Shown here: one piece after another, positions 1-9,033 of the stretch
Position numbering within the stretch: the first letter of the stretch is position 1
Layout: the number at the start of each line of letters is the position of its first letter
Assembly: GCA_018062825.1 (NCBI GenBank)
Contig: JAGORL010000003.1
Span: 138,333-197,601, forward strand
DNA: 59,269 nucleotides
Direction of reading: 5' to 3'
Origin: Patescibacteria group bacterium
GTDB taxonomy: Bacteria; Patescibacteriota; Patescibacteriia; UBA9934
The notes under the pieces: model-generated
Seen by the model: the letters and a program-made list of their open reading frames with translations, nothing else
What the model was told of the DNA's origin: nothing
Databases searched by the model: none
Made by a program: the position numbers and the translations under genes

Positions 1-139
1 CGCCGTCGACGTCCTTCACGGCGATGCGCTTGATCTTCGTGTTGTCCACGATGCCGACGAAGGCCGTGGAGTCGAAGTCCGCGATCGCGAGGAAGAGGGC
101 GAGGGGGGCCTTGAGGAGGCCGAAGAGCTGAGTGCGCAT
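1..139 (-). CDS. Hypothetical protein, N-terminal part only (gene runs off the left edge), G+C-rich
   Basis: ATG at 139-137 (minus), open to the window edge. Translation starts MRTQLFGLLKAPLALFLAIADFDSTAFVGIVDNTKIKRIAVKDVDG. Strong G/C third-position bias unlike neighbouring genes. Confidence 0.5.
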   Translation of the reverse strand, partial: MRTQLFGLLKAPLALFLAIADFDSTAFVGIVDNTKIKRIAVKDVDG

Positions 140-208
140 GGTTGAAGGTACCCTGTGACAGTGGCCTGGTGGCCGTTGGTTTGCGCCCTGCGTGAGCAAA
201 GCCGCGAA

Positions 209-237
209 ATTGTGCCAGGGTTAGCGTAAAGTGTCAA
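209..237 (-). promoter_or_regulatory. Sigma70-like promoter (TTGACA-17-CACAAT) for the edge gene
   Basis: The minus strand reads TTGACA (237-232), a 17 nt spacer, then CACAAT (214-209), about 70 nt upstream of the ATG at 139. Confidence 0.45.
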
Positions 238-275
238 GTGTGAAGGGAGTAGCGAGTAGTAAGTAGGGAGTAGTG

Positions 276-313
276 TAAAAAAAAGAGCACGCGGCGGTTG
301 CCGGTGCTCTTTT
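276..313. terminator. Bidirectional intrinsic terminator
   Basis: A-run, then GAGCAC..CGGC-GGTT-GCCG..GTGCTC hairpin, then T-run. It lies just downstream of the stop of the minus-strand dehydrogenase gene. Confidence 0.7.
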
Positions 314-328
314 TAGCTGTTATTAGCC

Positions 329-1360
329 TTATTTTTTGGTTTTCTTGGCTTTAGTCTTTTTGCTCTTGAAAAGTGACATGTCGACGGCGTTCGGAGCCTT
401 TTTACCTGAGATAAAAGCGAGAATGTTCTCGGCGGCCACGCGGCTCATGGCTTGGCGGGCGCCGACGGTGGCGCTTGCTGTGTGGGGCGTTAGGATGACG
501 TTGGGGAGCTTTCGTAGCTCAAGGGTGTCCGATGGATCGCAATCAATGAGTGGCTCGCATTCAAAGACATCAAGTCCGGCGCCAGCGATTTCATTTTTCA
601 TGAGCGCTTTGATGAGCGCTTTTTCATCAACAATGGGGCCGCGAGCGGTGTTGATGAGTAAGGCAGTCTTTTTCATGCTCGCTAACTCCTTGGTGCTGAT
701 GAGGTGGCGGGTCGAGGGGAGGAGTGGGATGTGCAGGCTAACGATATCGGCGTTTTTTAGAAGTTCAGTCTGTGAGACGCGTTTGGCGCCGTACTTTTGT
801 TCTAAGGTTTTGTTTGGTGAAAGATCGGTATAGATGACGTTTACGCCAAAGCCGTCGTGCATGCGACGAGCAAGGGCGGTGCCGATAGCGCCGGAGCCGA
901 TGATACCGAGCGTTTTTCCATGAATGTCTGAACCAAGTAGTAATTGTGGTCCCCAGCCTTTGTACTTGCCGGCGCGTGCGAATTTATCTGTTTCTACAAC
1001 ACGGTGCGCTAAGGCAAAGATAAGAGCGATAGCGTGCTCCGCGACGGCCTCTGAAACTTCTAGAGCTGGAGTGTTTGTAACAGTAATGCCACGCTCCATA
1101 GCGGCGCGTAGATCGATGTTGTCAAAGCCGACAGCGTAGTTTGCGATGAGCTTCAGGTTTGGTGCGGCGTCCATTACTTCCGCATCTATTTTATCTGTTA
1201 GTAACGAAAGTAAGACGTCTGCATGCGCTACGCCGTTTAAAAGATCTTTACGAGAAATACGATTATCACCTTTTGGAATGGTGATCTTCAGACCCTTTTT
1301 TGCTTTTAGCATTTTTAGGCCTTCGTCGGGAATTTCTCGAGTGACAAAGATATTTTTCAT
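329..1360 (-). CDS. D-isomer-specific 2-hydroxyacid dehydrogenase (glyoxylate/hydroxypyruvate reductase-like)
   Basis: NAD-binding GxGxxG (GIIGSGAIGTALARR) and conserved C-terminal LTPHTASAT motif. The ORF opens at 1387, but the ATG at 1360 (MKNIFVTREIP) is preferred because 1387 abuts the upstream terminator. Confidence 0.8.
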   Translation of the reverse strand: MKNIFVTREIPDEGLKMLKAKKGLKITIPKGDNRISRKDLLNGVAHADVLLSLLTDKIDAEVMDAAPNLKLIANYAVGFDNIDLRAAMERGITVTNTPALEVSEAVAEHAIALIFALAHRVVETDKFARAGKYKGWGPQLLLGSDIHGKTLGIIGSGAIGTALARRMHDGFGVNVIYTDLSPNKTLEQKYGAKRVSQTELLKNADIVSLHIPLLPSTRHLISTKELASMKKTALLINTARGPIVDEKALIKALMKNEIAGAGLDVFECEPLIDCDPSDTLELRKLPNVILTPHTASATVGARQAMSRVAAENILAFISGKKAPNAVDMSLFKSKKTKAKKTKK

Positions 1361-1383
1361 ACGTAGTGATTGTGCAAATTGTA

Positions 1384-1414
1384 ACATAAAACATCGCTGA
1401 CACAGCGATGTTTT
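1384..1414 (-). terminator. Intrinsic terminator after the 1413..2147 gene
   Basis: The minus strand reads CATCGCT-loop-AGCGATG followed by TTTTATG. Confidence 0.6.
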
Positions 1415-2147
1415 ATTCCAGACAAAAGCGTCGAAGTTCTTGATCTGTTAAAAGCGTTTGACGTTCATAGGTTCCGATCCAGATCGTGACGTTGTAGCAG
1501 CGACTATCGGCGTCCCAGTTTCCTGCTTCTAGCGACTGTGGTGATTCGGGATTGCTTACTAGCCATTCTGAACTACTGAGATTTTGACTGACGAGTGATC
1601 GACCGGTGATGAGGTCAAATATTTCGATACGGCCTTGGCCGGTTGGTCGGCCAGAGGAGGTGACGTCATGGACGGTTGTTATTGTTACGTACTCTTCATT
1701 TGGTGATAGCGCGTTTATATCTCCGGCGGTATTTATGACGGATGGACCGATGACTCCTGTTTCAACATTGAGCGGATAGACCTTTAAAAGTGGCAATATT
1801 GAGTCTACAACTGCTTGAACAAATATTGTACCCGTGTAGCGTGATTGGGGGACGGCGTAGGCGCTGAAGTCGGCGACGTCGTCTGTGAGTAGTGATTCGT
1901 AGATGACGCGCGTTGGGTTACCGGAATCGTCTACCTCCACAATTTTGGCGCTTGCTCCTTCAATGATGGTTTGTACTTTGGGTGGGGTAGTGCTTGATGG
2001 CGTTGTTGTAGTGGCGCTCGGCGTTACTTGCGTTACCTCACCTGCAAGAATGGCGCGCAGTGACATGGCGCTTAATGCAAAAAACACGACCAACAGCGCG
2101 GTCGCTCCGATAAAGAGCGCGGCGAGGTAGCCGTGTTTTGCCTCCAT
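1413..2147 (-). CDS. Hypothetical membrane-anchored protein with a Thr/Ser/Pro-rich linker
   Basis: 244 aa ORF with an N-terminal hydrophobic helix (YLAALFIGATALLVVFFALSAMSL) followed by TTTTPSSTTPP. No recognisable catalytic motif. Confidence 0.55.
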   Translation of the reverse strand: MEAKHGYLAALFIGATALLVVFFALSAMSLRAILAGEVTQVTPSATTTTPSSTTPPKVQTIIEGASAKIVEVDDSGNPTRVIYESLLTDDVADFSAYAVPQSRYTGTIFVQAVVDSILPLLKVYPLNVETGVIGPSVINTAGDINALSPNEEYVTITTVHDVTSSGRPTGQGRIEIFDLITGRSLVSQNLSSSEWLVSNPESPQSLEAGNWDADSRCYNVTIWIGTYERQTLLTDQELRRFCLE

Positions 2148-2156
2148 AGTTTCTAC

Positions 2157-3140
2157 TTAGCGAACTTGGCGCACAATGACGCGCTCAAGGGCCTTTTTGT
2201 TTGGCCATGCCTTGAGTATACCAGCCTTCGCACCAAAGTGCTGAATGACATTCTCGGCGTTTAGCGTTCCGATTTTTAATGCGTCACTAAGGGTGAGTCC
2301 TTTCACAAGTCCAGCCACTGTTCCAGAGCCAAAGGCATCACCAGCACCGGTGCGTGAAATTGATTTTTTGCCGGTTGTTTTTACAAAGTAGGTGCCGGTG
2401 TCATCAATGGCGGCAGCGCCATTTGGTCCATCGGTAACAATGACGACTGGTGAAGTGATTTTTTTTAGCGCTTTGGCGAGTTCAACCGGATCTTTCTGTT
2501 TTGATTCAAGTAGCGTTTGAGCTTCCTCGGTATTTACAATGGTGACGGTGGCATTTGCGAGCGCTTCTTTGCAGAGGCGGAGTTGCTTTATTTCACCCAT
2601 CCCTGGGTTTACCGCAATCACGACTTTTTTTGCCTTAGCGCGTTTTGCGATGGTGCTTAGAAGTTCGGCATTTCCACCAAGCGAGGTTACGTAGATTGCG
2701 GTTGTATCAAAACAAGCGGGGGAGAGGTCCGCATTTTTGAAGGAAGCAGAGGCACCGCGATAGGTGAGTACACTTCTTTCTCCGTTTGGAACGGTGAGTA
2801 GCACACTTGTGCCGGTTTGTTCTTTTGAAACTTTTTTAATGAGTCGGGTTTCGATTCGGCGCTTTAAAAGATCGTCAACGATATCTCGACCGATTGCGTC
2901 ATCTCCGATGCGTGCACAAATAGCGGTGGTGTTACCGAGGGCGGCAAAGGTTGCGGCGGCATTGGTGGCGCCACCGCCCGAAGCTATTACGAGTTTTTCA
3001 ACACCGATTTTTGAGCCAAGAGCTACACACTCTCCAAGACCACCGGCGAACTGGGCGCTTCGGATAACTTGAAAAGCTTCTGAGAGCAGGAAGATATCTT
3101 GAACGGCAGCGCCAATTGTAACGACGGAGAATTGAGGCAT
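2157..3140 (-). CDS. PfkB-family carbohydrate kinase (ribokinase-like)
   Basis: C-terminal PfkB signature TGAGDAFGSG and N-terminal GG motif region. The ATG at 3140 (MPQFSVVTIG) lies 5 nt after the upstream stop. Confidence 0.8.
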   Translation of the reverse strand: MPQFSVVTIGAAVQDIFLLSEAFQVIRSAQFAGGLGECVALGSKIGVEKLVIASGGGATNAAATFAALGNTTAICARIGDDAIGRDIVDDLLKRRIETRLIKKVSKEQTGTSVLLTVPNGERSVLTYRGASASFKNADLSPACFDTTAIYVTSLGGNAELLSTIAKRAKAKKVVIAVNPGMGEIKQLRLCKEALANATVTIVNTEEAQTLLESKQKDPVELAKALKKITSPVVIVTDGPNGAAAIDDTGTYFVKTTGKKSISRTGAGDAFGSGTVAGLVKGLTLSDALKIGTLNAENVIQHFGAKAGILKAWPNKKALERVIVRQVR

Positions 3141-3145
3141 AGTGA

Positions 3146-3979
3146 TTACTTTGTTGCACGTTCCCAAAGTTTTACATACTCAAGGAAGTTTTTAGCGATA
3201 GCGGCAACGGTAGCTTTACGATCAGCTTTTTTATTTTGAAATTTCTTGAGCGGCTCAAGAAATACGGTACGACCAACAGCGAAACCATGAACGTGACCGC
3301 TTTCGGCGGCGAGTTTAATCCAACCTTTGACAGTGGCATTTGATTCACCGCGACCAAGAATGATGAGTGGCACTTGGGCGATTTCCTGGACTTTTTTCCA
3401 GCCAGATGATCGAGCGAGTCCTTCTAGTTTCCAAACAGTTGGCCAGACCCCAGCAGCGTGGAATTCTTCAATGGCTTGGCAGATCTGTTTTGTTTTATCA
3501 CCTTTGCCACATACGAGAATCTCTAGCATGAATGGTAGATTTTGATCGATACAGTAATCTGAAAGTTTCTTGAGCTTTGCTCGTTGCCTTTTATTTACTT
3601 TTTCATTTCCTACCTCATAGCGTACCAGCGCCTTTGCAAAATCGGCGTGTAGTTTTTTTAAAGCTGGTCCGAATTTTGTGCCGTGTAAAAAGGTGAAGGC
3701 ATCGGTGCCGCTTGCTTCGGTGGAAACGATAATTGGAATTTTTCGTTTGTGAGCATCTTTTAAAATTGGCAATCCCAGTTCTTCATCAACGAGAACGCAC
3801 CAATTGGCATCTTTTGCGATGTCGCTGCCTTTTGCAAAAAGAAAGGCTTCGTAGATGATTTTTTTAAGTTCGGTGGCGGCTTTTTTATCAGCACCTTTGA
3901 GGGGGAATGTGGTATTGAAGAGTTCTTTTGCAAAGCCGCTGCGGTGATCAAATGGAAGTACGAAGAGGGGGAGTTTCAT
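3146..3979 (-). CDS. TIM-barrel aldolase-like protein (DUF2090 / tagatose-bisphosphate-aldolase-like)
   Basis: N-terminal FVLPFDHRSGF resembles the LacD/IolC-associated aldolase-like domain, and the gene lies between two PfkB kinases. The ATG at 3979 is preferred over the GTG at 4006. Family assignment is from memory only. Confidence 0.5.
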   Translation of the reverse strand: MKLPLFVLPFDHRSGFAKELFNTTFPLKGADKKAATELKKIIYEAFLFAKGSDIAKDANWCVLVDEELGLPILKDAHKRKIPIIVSTEASGTDAFTFLHGTKFGPALKKLHADFAKALVRYEVGNEKVNKRQRAKLKKLSDYCIDQNLPFMLEILVCGKGDKTKQICQAIEEFHAAGVWPTVWKLEGLARSSGWKKVQEIAQVPLIILGRGESNATVKGWIKLAAESGHVHGFAVGRTVFLEPLKKFQNKKADRKATVAAIAKNFLEYVKLWERATK

Positions 3980-4015
3980 AGGGGTGAAGGGAGTAGGAAG
4001 TAGCACGTAGGGTGA

Positions 4016-4990
4016 TTAAAGTTCTTGGGTTTTGTAGGAGGGATGTTTCTTGAGAGCAGTTGAGATTTGAGTTGGGCGTAAGAGTCCGGCCGTTGGTCCG
4101 ACGTGACCCACGACGGATGCGGCGTTTACGGCGCCAAACTTCAACGCTTCGACAGGAGATTTCTTTTTGAGTATGGCTCCGATAAACCCGGCAGAGAAGG
4201 CGTCGCCTGCACCGGTTGACTCCACGAGCTCTCCCGGGAACATGGGGGCGTATGATAGTTGTTTTCCATCAAAGGCGTAGGCGCCGTTTTTGCCATCCGT
4301 GACAACTACGATGCGTGGACCGAGATTTTTTAAGCCTGCCATGAGCGCGTGGATTTCTTCACCGTTTTGCATGCCGATTAATCCTCGGGCTTCGGTCATG
4401 TTGAGAAAGAGGACATCTGTAAAAGCGATCAGTCCCATGAGTTCTTTTTTGCGTTCTTTGAGTTGAATAGCGCCAGGATTGAAGCTGATGAGTGATTTTT
4501 TAGCGACAGCGATTTTTGTAGCTTCAATAAAGAGTTTTTCGTAGCCCTCTCCGAGTTCAGAGATGTGGAGATATTTACTTGCGGGCATCTTTTTTGGTAG
4601 GCGGTACTCAGCCTTGGCGTGCGCGACAAAGAGCGTTGATTCACCTTTGAAGTTTAGGACGACTGAGGTGCTAGAACTAATATTTTTCTGCGTATGAACG
4701 TAGTTTGTGCCTACTTTGTGTTTATTCAAGAAGCGCACGGCATGTTCATAGGTGTCATCCTCTCCCATGATGCTGAAAACGGCCGTGTTCAATCCGTATT
4801 TCGCGACTCCGATTGCGACATTTGGGGCGCTGCCGGCAATTTGGGTGACAAAAGCATCGACAGGAATTTTTTTACCGTAGGAAATGCAAAGTCGGCATTC
4901 CGGCATTTTAAGCTCGCACATGACGCTTGCCTCTGGAATGACGATATAGGAATTTAGTTTGATGTCCCCGATGGTCAAGAGATCAAGCAT
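4016..4990 (-). CDS. PfkB-family carbohydrate kinase
   Basis: TGAGDAFSAGF signature. The ATG at 4990 (MLDLLTIGD) is preferred; the longer ORF to 5170 would overlap the methyltransferase gene. Confidence 0.8.
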   Translation of the reverse strand: MLDLLTIGDIKLNSYIVIPEASVMCELKMPECRLCISYGKKIPVDAFVTQIAGSAPNVAIGVAKYGLNTAVFSIMGEDDTYEHAVRFLNKHKVGTNYVHTQKNISSSTSVVLNFKGESTLFVAHAKAEYRLPKKMPASKYLHISELGEGYEKLFIEATKIAVAKKSLISFNPGAIQLKERKKELMGLIAFTDVLFLNMTEARGLIGMQNGEEIHALMAGLKNLGPRIVVVTDGKNGAYAFDGKQLSYAPMFPGELVESTGAGDAFSAGFIGAILKKKSPVEALKFGAVNAASVVGHVGPTAGLLRPTQISTALKKHPSYKTQEL

Positions 4991-5030
4991 AGAGAGCTTA
5001 TTTCTTGGCCATTGTACTTGCTGCACTCTT

Positions 5031-5585
5031 TTATGCGGAGGCCTTTTGCACATGTTTGCGCAGATCTTGGCCGCTATATAGATAGATTGGGAGTAACCCT
5101 TCTTCTTTGATTGTTTGTGTTGGTTCGATGTTTGGAAATGGCCAGGCTTCAACGATGACCGTAGCTTCATCTTTTAATTCAGTGTTGAATTTTTTGATGA
5201 GTTTTGGATAGGAGTTCGGCAGCAGGAAAACGAAAACTAGATCGGCATCGTTTACTTTGTAGGTGTAGAGGTTTGAAAAGGCGAGTTTAACATGGCGATA
5301 CTTTTTAAAACGAACGATTTTTCTGAGCACGCCAGCAAGAAAGGGGAGGATGTTGATGTCGCAGCCTTTGGCGATTATTTTGGGGTGCTGTTTGGCGATC
5401 GCAAAGAGAACCGATCCATCGCCGCAGCCAAGATCGATGACGGTCTTTGCTTTTGAGAAGTTTATTTTTTCTAGAAGTCGGCGACGTTGGCTCGGCTTAG
5501 TAGGAAGCCAGGGAGCTGCAGAAAGACCGGCGATAGCGGCTGAGAAGATGACAGCAAGAACAATGATCCAAAGGATCCACTGCAT
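5031..5585 (-). CDS. Class I SAM-dependent methyltransferase with N-terminal membrane helix
   Basis: Motif I VIDLGCGDGSVL. N-terminal hydrophobic segment WILWIIVLAVIFSAAIAGL. Confidence 0.7.
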   Translation of the reverse strand: MQWILWIIVLAVIFSAAIAGLSAAPWLPTKPSQRRRLLEKINFSKAKTVIDLGCGDGSVLFAIAKQHPKIIAKGCDINILPFLAGVLRKIVRFKKYRHVKLAFSNLYTYKVNDADLVFVFLLPNSYPKLIKKFNTELKDEATVIVEAWPFPNIEPTQTIKEEGLLPIYLYSGQDLRKHVQKASA

Positions 5586-5588
5586 ACA

Positions 5589-6320
5589 TTATTTGAGGTT
5601 TTTGATGAGGGTATCTTCTTCTTGCTTGGTGAGGTGGCGGAAATGACCTGATGGTAGTTTATCAAGGTGTATGTGCATGATGCGGATACGTTTTAAGGCA
5701 ACGACTTCATATCCAAGTTCTTCACACATGCGGCGAATTTGGCGATTACGACCTTCAACGATGGTGACGGAGAAGCTCGTTGGTGAGATGCGGTAGACGC
5801 GTGCTGGCAAAGTTCTGCGATCATCAAGCATGACGCCGTTACTCATGGCGTATAGAAAGTCTTGTGTGACCGGCTTATGGACTTCTACGACGTACTCTTT
5901 ATCATGTTCACCTTCTGCACGTAGGATTTTGTTGACGATGTCGCCGTCGTTTGTGAGGAGAATGAGTCCGGAAGAGGCGACGTCGAGTCGGCCGATATGG
6001 AAAATACGCTCAGGGTAATTGATGGCATCAATGATGTTATCTTGAGCCTTTGGATCACTGGTACAAATAATGCCTACCGGTTTGTTGTAGGCTAAATAGA
6101 CGCGCTTTGAGCGTTCGGCTACTGCTTTACCGTTTACAGCAACGTGATCGGTGCCGCTTATTTTTTGGCCAAGGACGGCGGTTGTGCCGTTTACCGTGAC
6201 GACACCGTCTTCAATCAGGCGATCGGCTCCCCGGCGTGAAGCGATGCCGTGATCAACGAGAAATTTATTGAGGCGGACATCGCCATTTGGGGTGGGCATA
6301 CGATAAGGAAATGGTTTCAT
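5589..6320 (-). CDS. Pseudouridine synthase, RsuA/RluB family, with S4 domain
   Basis: S4 RNA-binding region (RLNKFLVDHGIASRRGADRLIEDGVVTVNG) and catalytic GRLDVASSGLILLTNDG. Start chosen at the ATG at 6320; 6299 is an alternative. Confidence 0.8.
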   Translation of the reverse strand: MKPFPYRMPTPNGDVRLNKFLVDHGIASRRGADRLIEDGVVTVNGTTAVLGQKISGTDHVAVNGKAVAERSKRVYLAYNKPVGIICTSDPKAQDNIIDAINYPERIFHIGRLDVASSGLILLTNDGDIVNKILRAEGEHDKEYVVEVHKPVTQDFLYAMSNGVMLDDRRTLPARVYRISPTSFSVTIVEGRNRQIRRMCEELGYEVVALKRIRIMHIHLDKLPSGHFRHLTKQEEDTLIKNLK

Positions 6321-6433
6321 TCTACACGAAAGCCGCACTTTATTGTAGTTTTGGGCTTTTATCAAAAAAAGTCTCTTTGGACTTGCCAAAAAGACGTTTT
6401 TTGTATTATATTAGCCATGAAAGGAGGTGTGCT

Positions 6434-6667
6434 TTGGAGAGTGTGCGAAACCTTCGTGAAGAGATTTCTGAGTGCGCGGAGCGGCTCTCGGATCTGGGTC
6501 GGAACATGCAGGATGCCCTCCATGATTTCAATTCCAGGCTGCTCAGCCTGGCGGATCGGGTGGGCAGGCGCAAGGACATGGGTCAGGCGATTTCTCGTAG
6601 CGACTACGGGAAGGTGATGGACCTCCTCAACGAGATCGAGGAGGAACTGGGCGAGGTCGCGGCGTAG
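6434..6667 (+). CDS. Small helical/coiled-coil-like hypothetical protein (about 77 aa), G+C-rich
   Basis: Strong SD AAGGAGG (6421-6427) lies 6 nt before TTG 6434. An intrinsic terminator follows directly. GC3-rich codons contrast with the flanking genes. Confidence 0.55.
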   Translation: MESVRNLREEISECAERLSDLGRNMQDALHDFNSRLLSLADRVGRRKDMGQAISRSDYGKVMDLLNEIEEELGEVAA

Positions 6668-6684
6668 CGGTGCGGTCGTTTCGT

Positions 6685-6715
6685 ACGAGGGGCAGTTGCC
6701 CCTCGTTATTTTTTT
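6685..6715 (+). terminator. Intrinsic terminator of the small ORF
   Basis: ACGAGGGGCA-GT-TGCCCCTCGT hairpin followed by TATTTTTTT. Confidence 0.75.
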
Positions 6716-7695
6716 CGACGAATTACTTTTTGTGCAGCTTTGATGATCCAAGGCGCTGTTAACTTGTAGTGCTCGAGAAGTTCGTTTGGTTCGCCGGATT
6801 GACCAAAGACGTCTGCAAGGCCGATACGCTCCACGGGAACTGGGAAGGTGCTCGTGACGAGCTCCGCAATGGCGCCACCGAGGCCGGCGGCGGCTTGAGC
6901 TTCTTCTACGGTGACGATCGCTCCACATTCTTTCGCGGCTTTGACGATAACTTCTTCATCTAGCGGTTTGACGCTGACGGCGTTGATCACACGAGCTTCA
7001 ATGCCTTTTTTCTTTAATTCGTGTGCAGCCTTGAGTGCTTCGTAGACAAGTGGGCCGCAAGCAACGATGGCGACGTCTGTGCCATTATGAAAGACTTCAG
7101 CTGTACCAATTGCAAAGGGGGTTTTATCAGTGGTGAAGACGGGGGTTTTTTCACGGGCAAAGCGAATATAGACCGGGCCATCATGTTCAACCGCGGCGAT
7201 GGTGGCTTTTTCGGTTTCTTTAGCATCACATGGCACGAGCACTGTCATGTTTGGTAGAACGCGCATGAGAGCGATGTCTTCTACCATTTGGTGGGTTGCG
7301 CCATCGGGACCCACTGAAACGCCAGCGTGGGCGCCAGCGATTTTTACCGGCATTTCTTGCAAGCAGGCGGTAGTGCGAATCTGCTCCCAGTTCCTACCGG
7401 GAGAGAAGCAGGCGTAGCTTGCAATGAAGGGGATTTTTCCTTGAAGTGCCATGCCGGCAGCGATAGCGGCTAGTGCTTGCTCACTGACACCCATTTGAAT
7501 GAAGCGCTCTGGGAAGGCTTTTTTAAAGGCTTCTGTGCGTGTTGACTCGGTAAGATCGGCACAAAGCACAACAACGCGCTCATTTTTTGTGCCAGCAATA
7601 ACAAGACCGCTTCCAAAACCGTCACGGGTAGGAAGTTGGGGGATGGAGTCCATGAATATTTTGCCGGAAAGTTTGGCGGATTTTGGTACGCTCAT
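6706..7695 (-). CDS. Transketolase, C-terminal (pyrimidine-binding plus C-terminal domain) subunit
   Basis: 329 aa. Typical split-transketolase B chain (GFGSGLV..., MGVSEQ, GPDGATHQ). Confidence 0.9.
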   Translation of the reverse strand: MSVPKSAKLSGKIFMDSIPQLPTRDGFGSGLVIAGTKNERVVVLCADLTESTRTEAFKKAFPERFIQMGVSEQALAAIAAGMALQGKIPFIASYACFSPGRNWEQIRTTACLQEMPVKIAGAHAGVSVGPDGATHQMVEDIALMRVLPNMTVLVPCDAKETEKATIAAVEHDGPVYIRFAREKTPVFTTDKTPFAIGTAEVFHNGTDVAIVACGPLVYEALKAAHELKKKGIEARVINAVSVKPLDEEVIVKAAKECGAIVTVEEAQAAAGLGGAIAELVTSTFPVPVERIGLADVFGQSGEPNELLEHYKLTAPWIIKAAQKVIRRKK

Positions 7696-7696
7696 A

Positions 7697-8578
7697 TTAT
7701 TCGCCTTCAGAGGTGATTTTTCCGTTCAACGTACGCAGTTGACGCAGAGCGTCATGTAATTCATCTGGCTTGGGTGCTTTTCCGTGCCAGGCGGGTTCGA
7801 ATTCCATGAAATCCACACCTTTGCCGGGAATGGTGTGCGCAATGATCACTGTTGGTTTTTCCCAAATCGTCTTGGCGTGATCGCAGGCCTCTACGATTTC
7901 TCGCATGTTGTGACCGTCGATTTCAAGTACGGCAAAATTGAAGGCTTCGAATTTTTGGCGCAGTGGCTCCAAAGGCATGATGTCTTCAGTGTAGCCGTCG
8001 ATTTGGATGTTGTTGCGATCAATGATCCAAGTGAGGTTGTTGAGTTTATTTTTTCCAGCAAAGAGCGCGGCCTCCCAAGTGATGCCGGCTGCTAATTCAC
8101 CATCACTCATGACGCAGTAGGTGTGCCATGGTTTGTTATCCATTTTAGCAACGTAGGCGGCGCCAGCTGATTGTGGGGAGCCATCTCCAAGTGGACCGGA
8201 GGTGTTTTCTAGGCCTGGTAAGTGACGAAGCTCTGGGTGTCCTTGGAGGCGAGAGCCAAATTTTCTCAAGGTTTTGAGTTCTTCTTTAGGAAAGTAACCA
8301 GCGTGCGCCATTGTTACATAGCGCACCGGAACAATGTGGCCGTTACTTAGGAGGAGTCGATCGCGGTCTTCCCAGTGTGGGCGGCGTGGATCGTGATTTA
8401 AGACGTGAAAATACAGGGCAGTAAAAATATCAGCCATGCCGAGCGGTCCCGCTGAGTGGCCGCTTTTTACGTGTTCGAGCATGGTTAAGATATCGGCTCG
8501 TACTTTGTTGGCCAGTAGTTCGAGTCCGCGAATTTTTTCATCGGTGATGGCTGGATTATTTCTGCGAACTGTTGGCAT
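7697..8578 (-). CDS. Transketolase, N-terminal (thiamine-diphosphate-binding) subunit
   Basis: 293 aa with GHSAGPLGMADI and DGELAAG motifs. Its stop lies 1 nt before the start of the C-terminal subunit. Confidence 0.9.
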   Translation of the reverse strand: MPTVRRNNPAITDEKIRGLELLANKVRADILTMLEHVKSGHSAGPLGMADIFTALYFHVLNHDPRRPHWEDRDRLLLSNGHIVPVRYVTMAHAGYFPKEELKTLRKFGSRLQGHPELRHLPGLENTSGPLGDGSPQSAGAAYVAKMDNKPWHTYCVMSDGELAAGITWEAALFAGKNKLNNLTWIIDRNNIQIDGYTEDIMPLEPLRQKFEAFNFAVLEIDGHNMREIVEACDHAKTIWEKPTVIIAHTIPGKGVDFMEFEPAWHGKAPKPDELHDALRQLRTLNGKITSEGE

Positions 8579-8581
8579 AGG

Positions 8582-8974
8582 CTAGTGCTTGGCGTCTTCT
8601 AGGTTTACTTGTACGAGTGCAAAAATGGCAACAAAGAGTCCGGTGATAAAGTGTGACCAGGTGAATTCACGCATGGTGAGAAAGAGTGCGAAGGGTGCGG
8701 TTGCGATCCAGACACCGAGTCCGAACTGCATCCAGTGCATGGCGCGTAAACCGGCGGTTTTGATGTTTGGCTGTTCAAGCGTTACGACAAGGAGTGAAAG
8801 TACGCTAATGCTTAAGCCGATAATTAAGTCATCCCATCGTAGGAGTTGCATGAGCTCTTCATCTGTAGCGGTTGCAAGGGAAGGGATAAGGCGAGCAATG
8901 TCATCGCCGATAAATGGGACGAGAATCGTCCAGAAGGCGAGGATGAAGATGATCCAATGAAGGGCGCGAAGCAT
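8582..8974 (-). CDS. Hypothetical integral membrane protein (4 predicted helices)
   Basis: 130 aa, almost entirely hydrophobic segments. Lies 3 nt from the tkt gene. Confidence 0.55.
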   Translation of the reverse strand: MLRALHWIIFILAFWTILVPFIGDDIARLIPSLATATDEELMQLLRWDDLIIGLSISVLSLLVVTLEQPNIKTAGLRAMHWMQFGLGVWIATAPFALFLTMREFTWSHFITGLFVAIFALVQVNLEDAKH

Positions 8975-8991
8975 ATGTATGCAGTATACCT

Positions 8992-9030
8992 AAAATAAAA
9001 ACACCCTACGACTAGCGCAGGGTGTTTTTG
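8992..9030 (-). terminator. Intrinsic terminator after 9034..9831
   Basis: ACACCCT-loop-AGGGTGT followed by TTTTTATTTT on the minus strand. Confidence 0.7.
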
Positions 9031-9033
9031 TGA

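Noticed and set aside
4991-5170. N-terminal extensions of several ORF-track entries: 4016..5170, 10765..11472, 48764..51583, 21840..22478, 34311..35369, 329..1387, 2157..3167, 3146..4006, 14287..14832 and 23604..26153
   Set aside because: The extensions overlap neighbouring genes, terminators or promoters and translate to non-conserved junk. Internal ATGs coincide with the conserved N-termini of the families (for example MLDLLTIGD, MDAKTIYLGADHAGF, MSEMPKAYEP, MTHQNGSLTLIVGP, MRVLTGIQP).
6249-6928. ORFs 6249..6617 (+), 6287..6433 (the 5' part of 6287..6667) and 6362..6928 (-), 188 aa
   Set aside because: The first two cross the divergent promoter region and have no SD. The real small gene most likely starts at the SD-preceded TTG at 6434. 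The 188 aa minus-strand ORF is an Arg/Ser-rich antisense shadow crossing a terminator and the transketolase 3' end.
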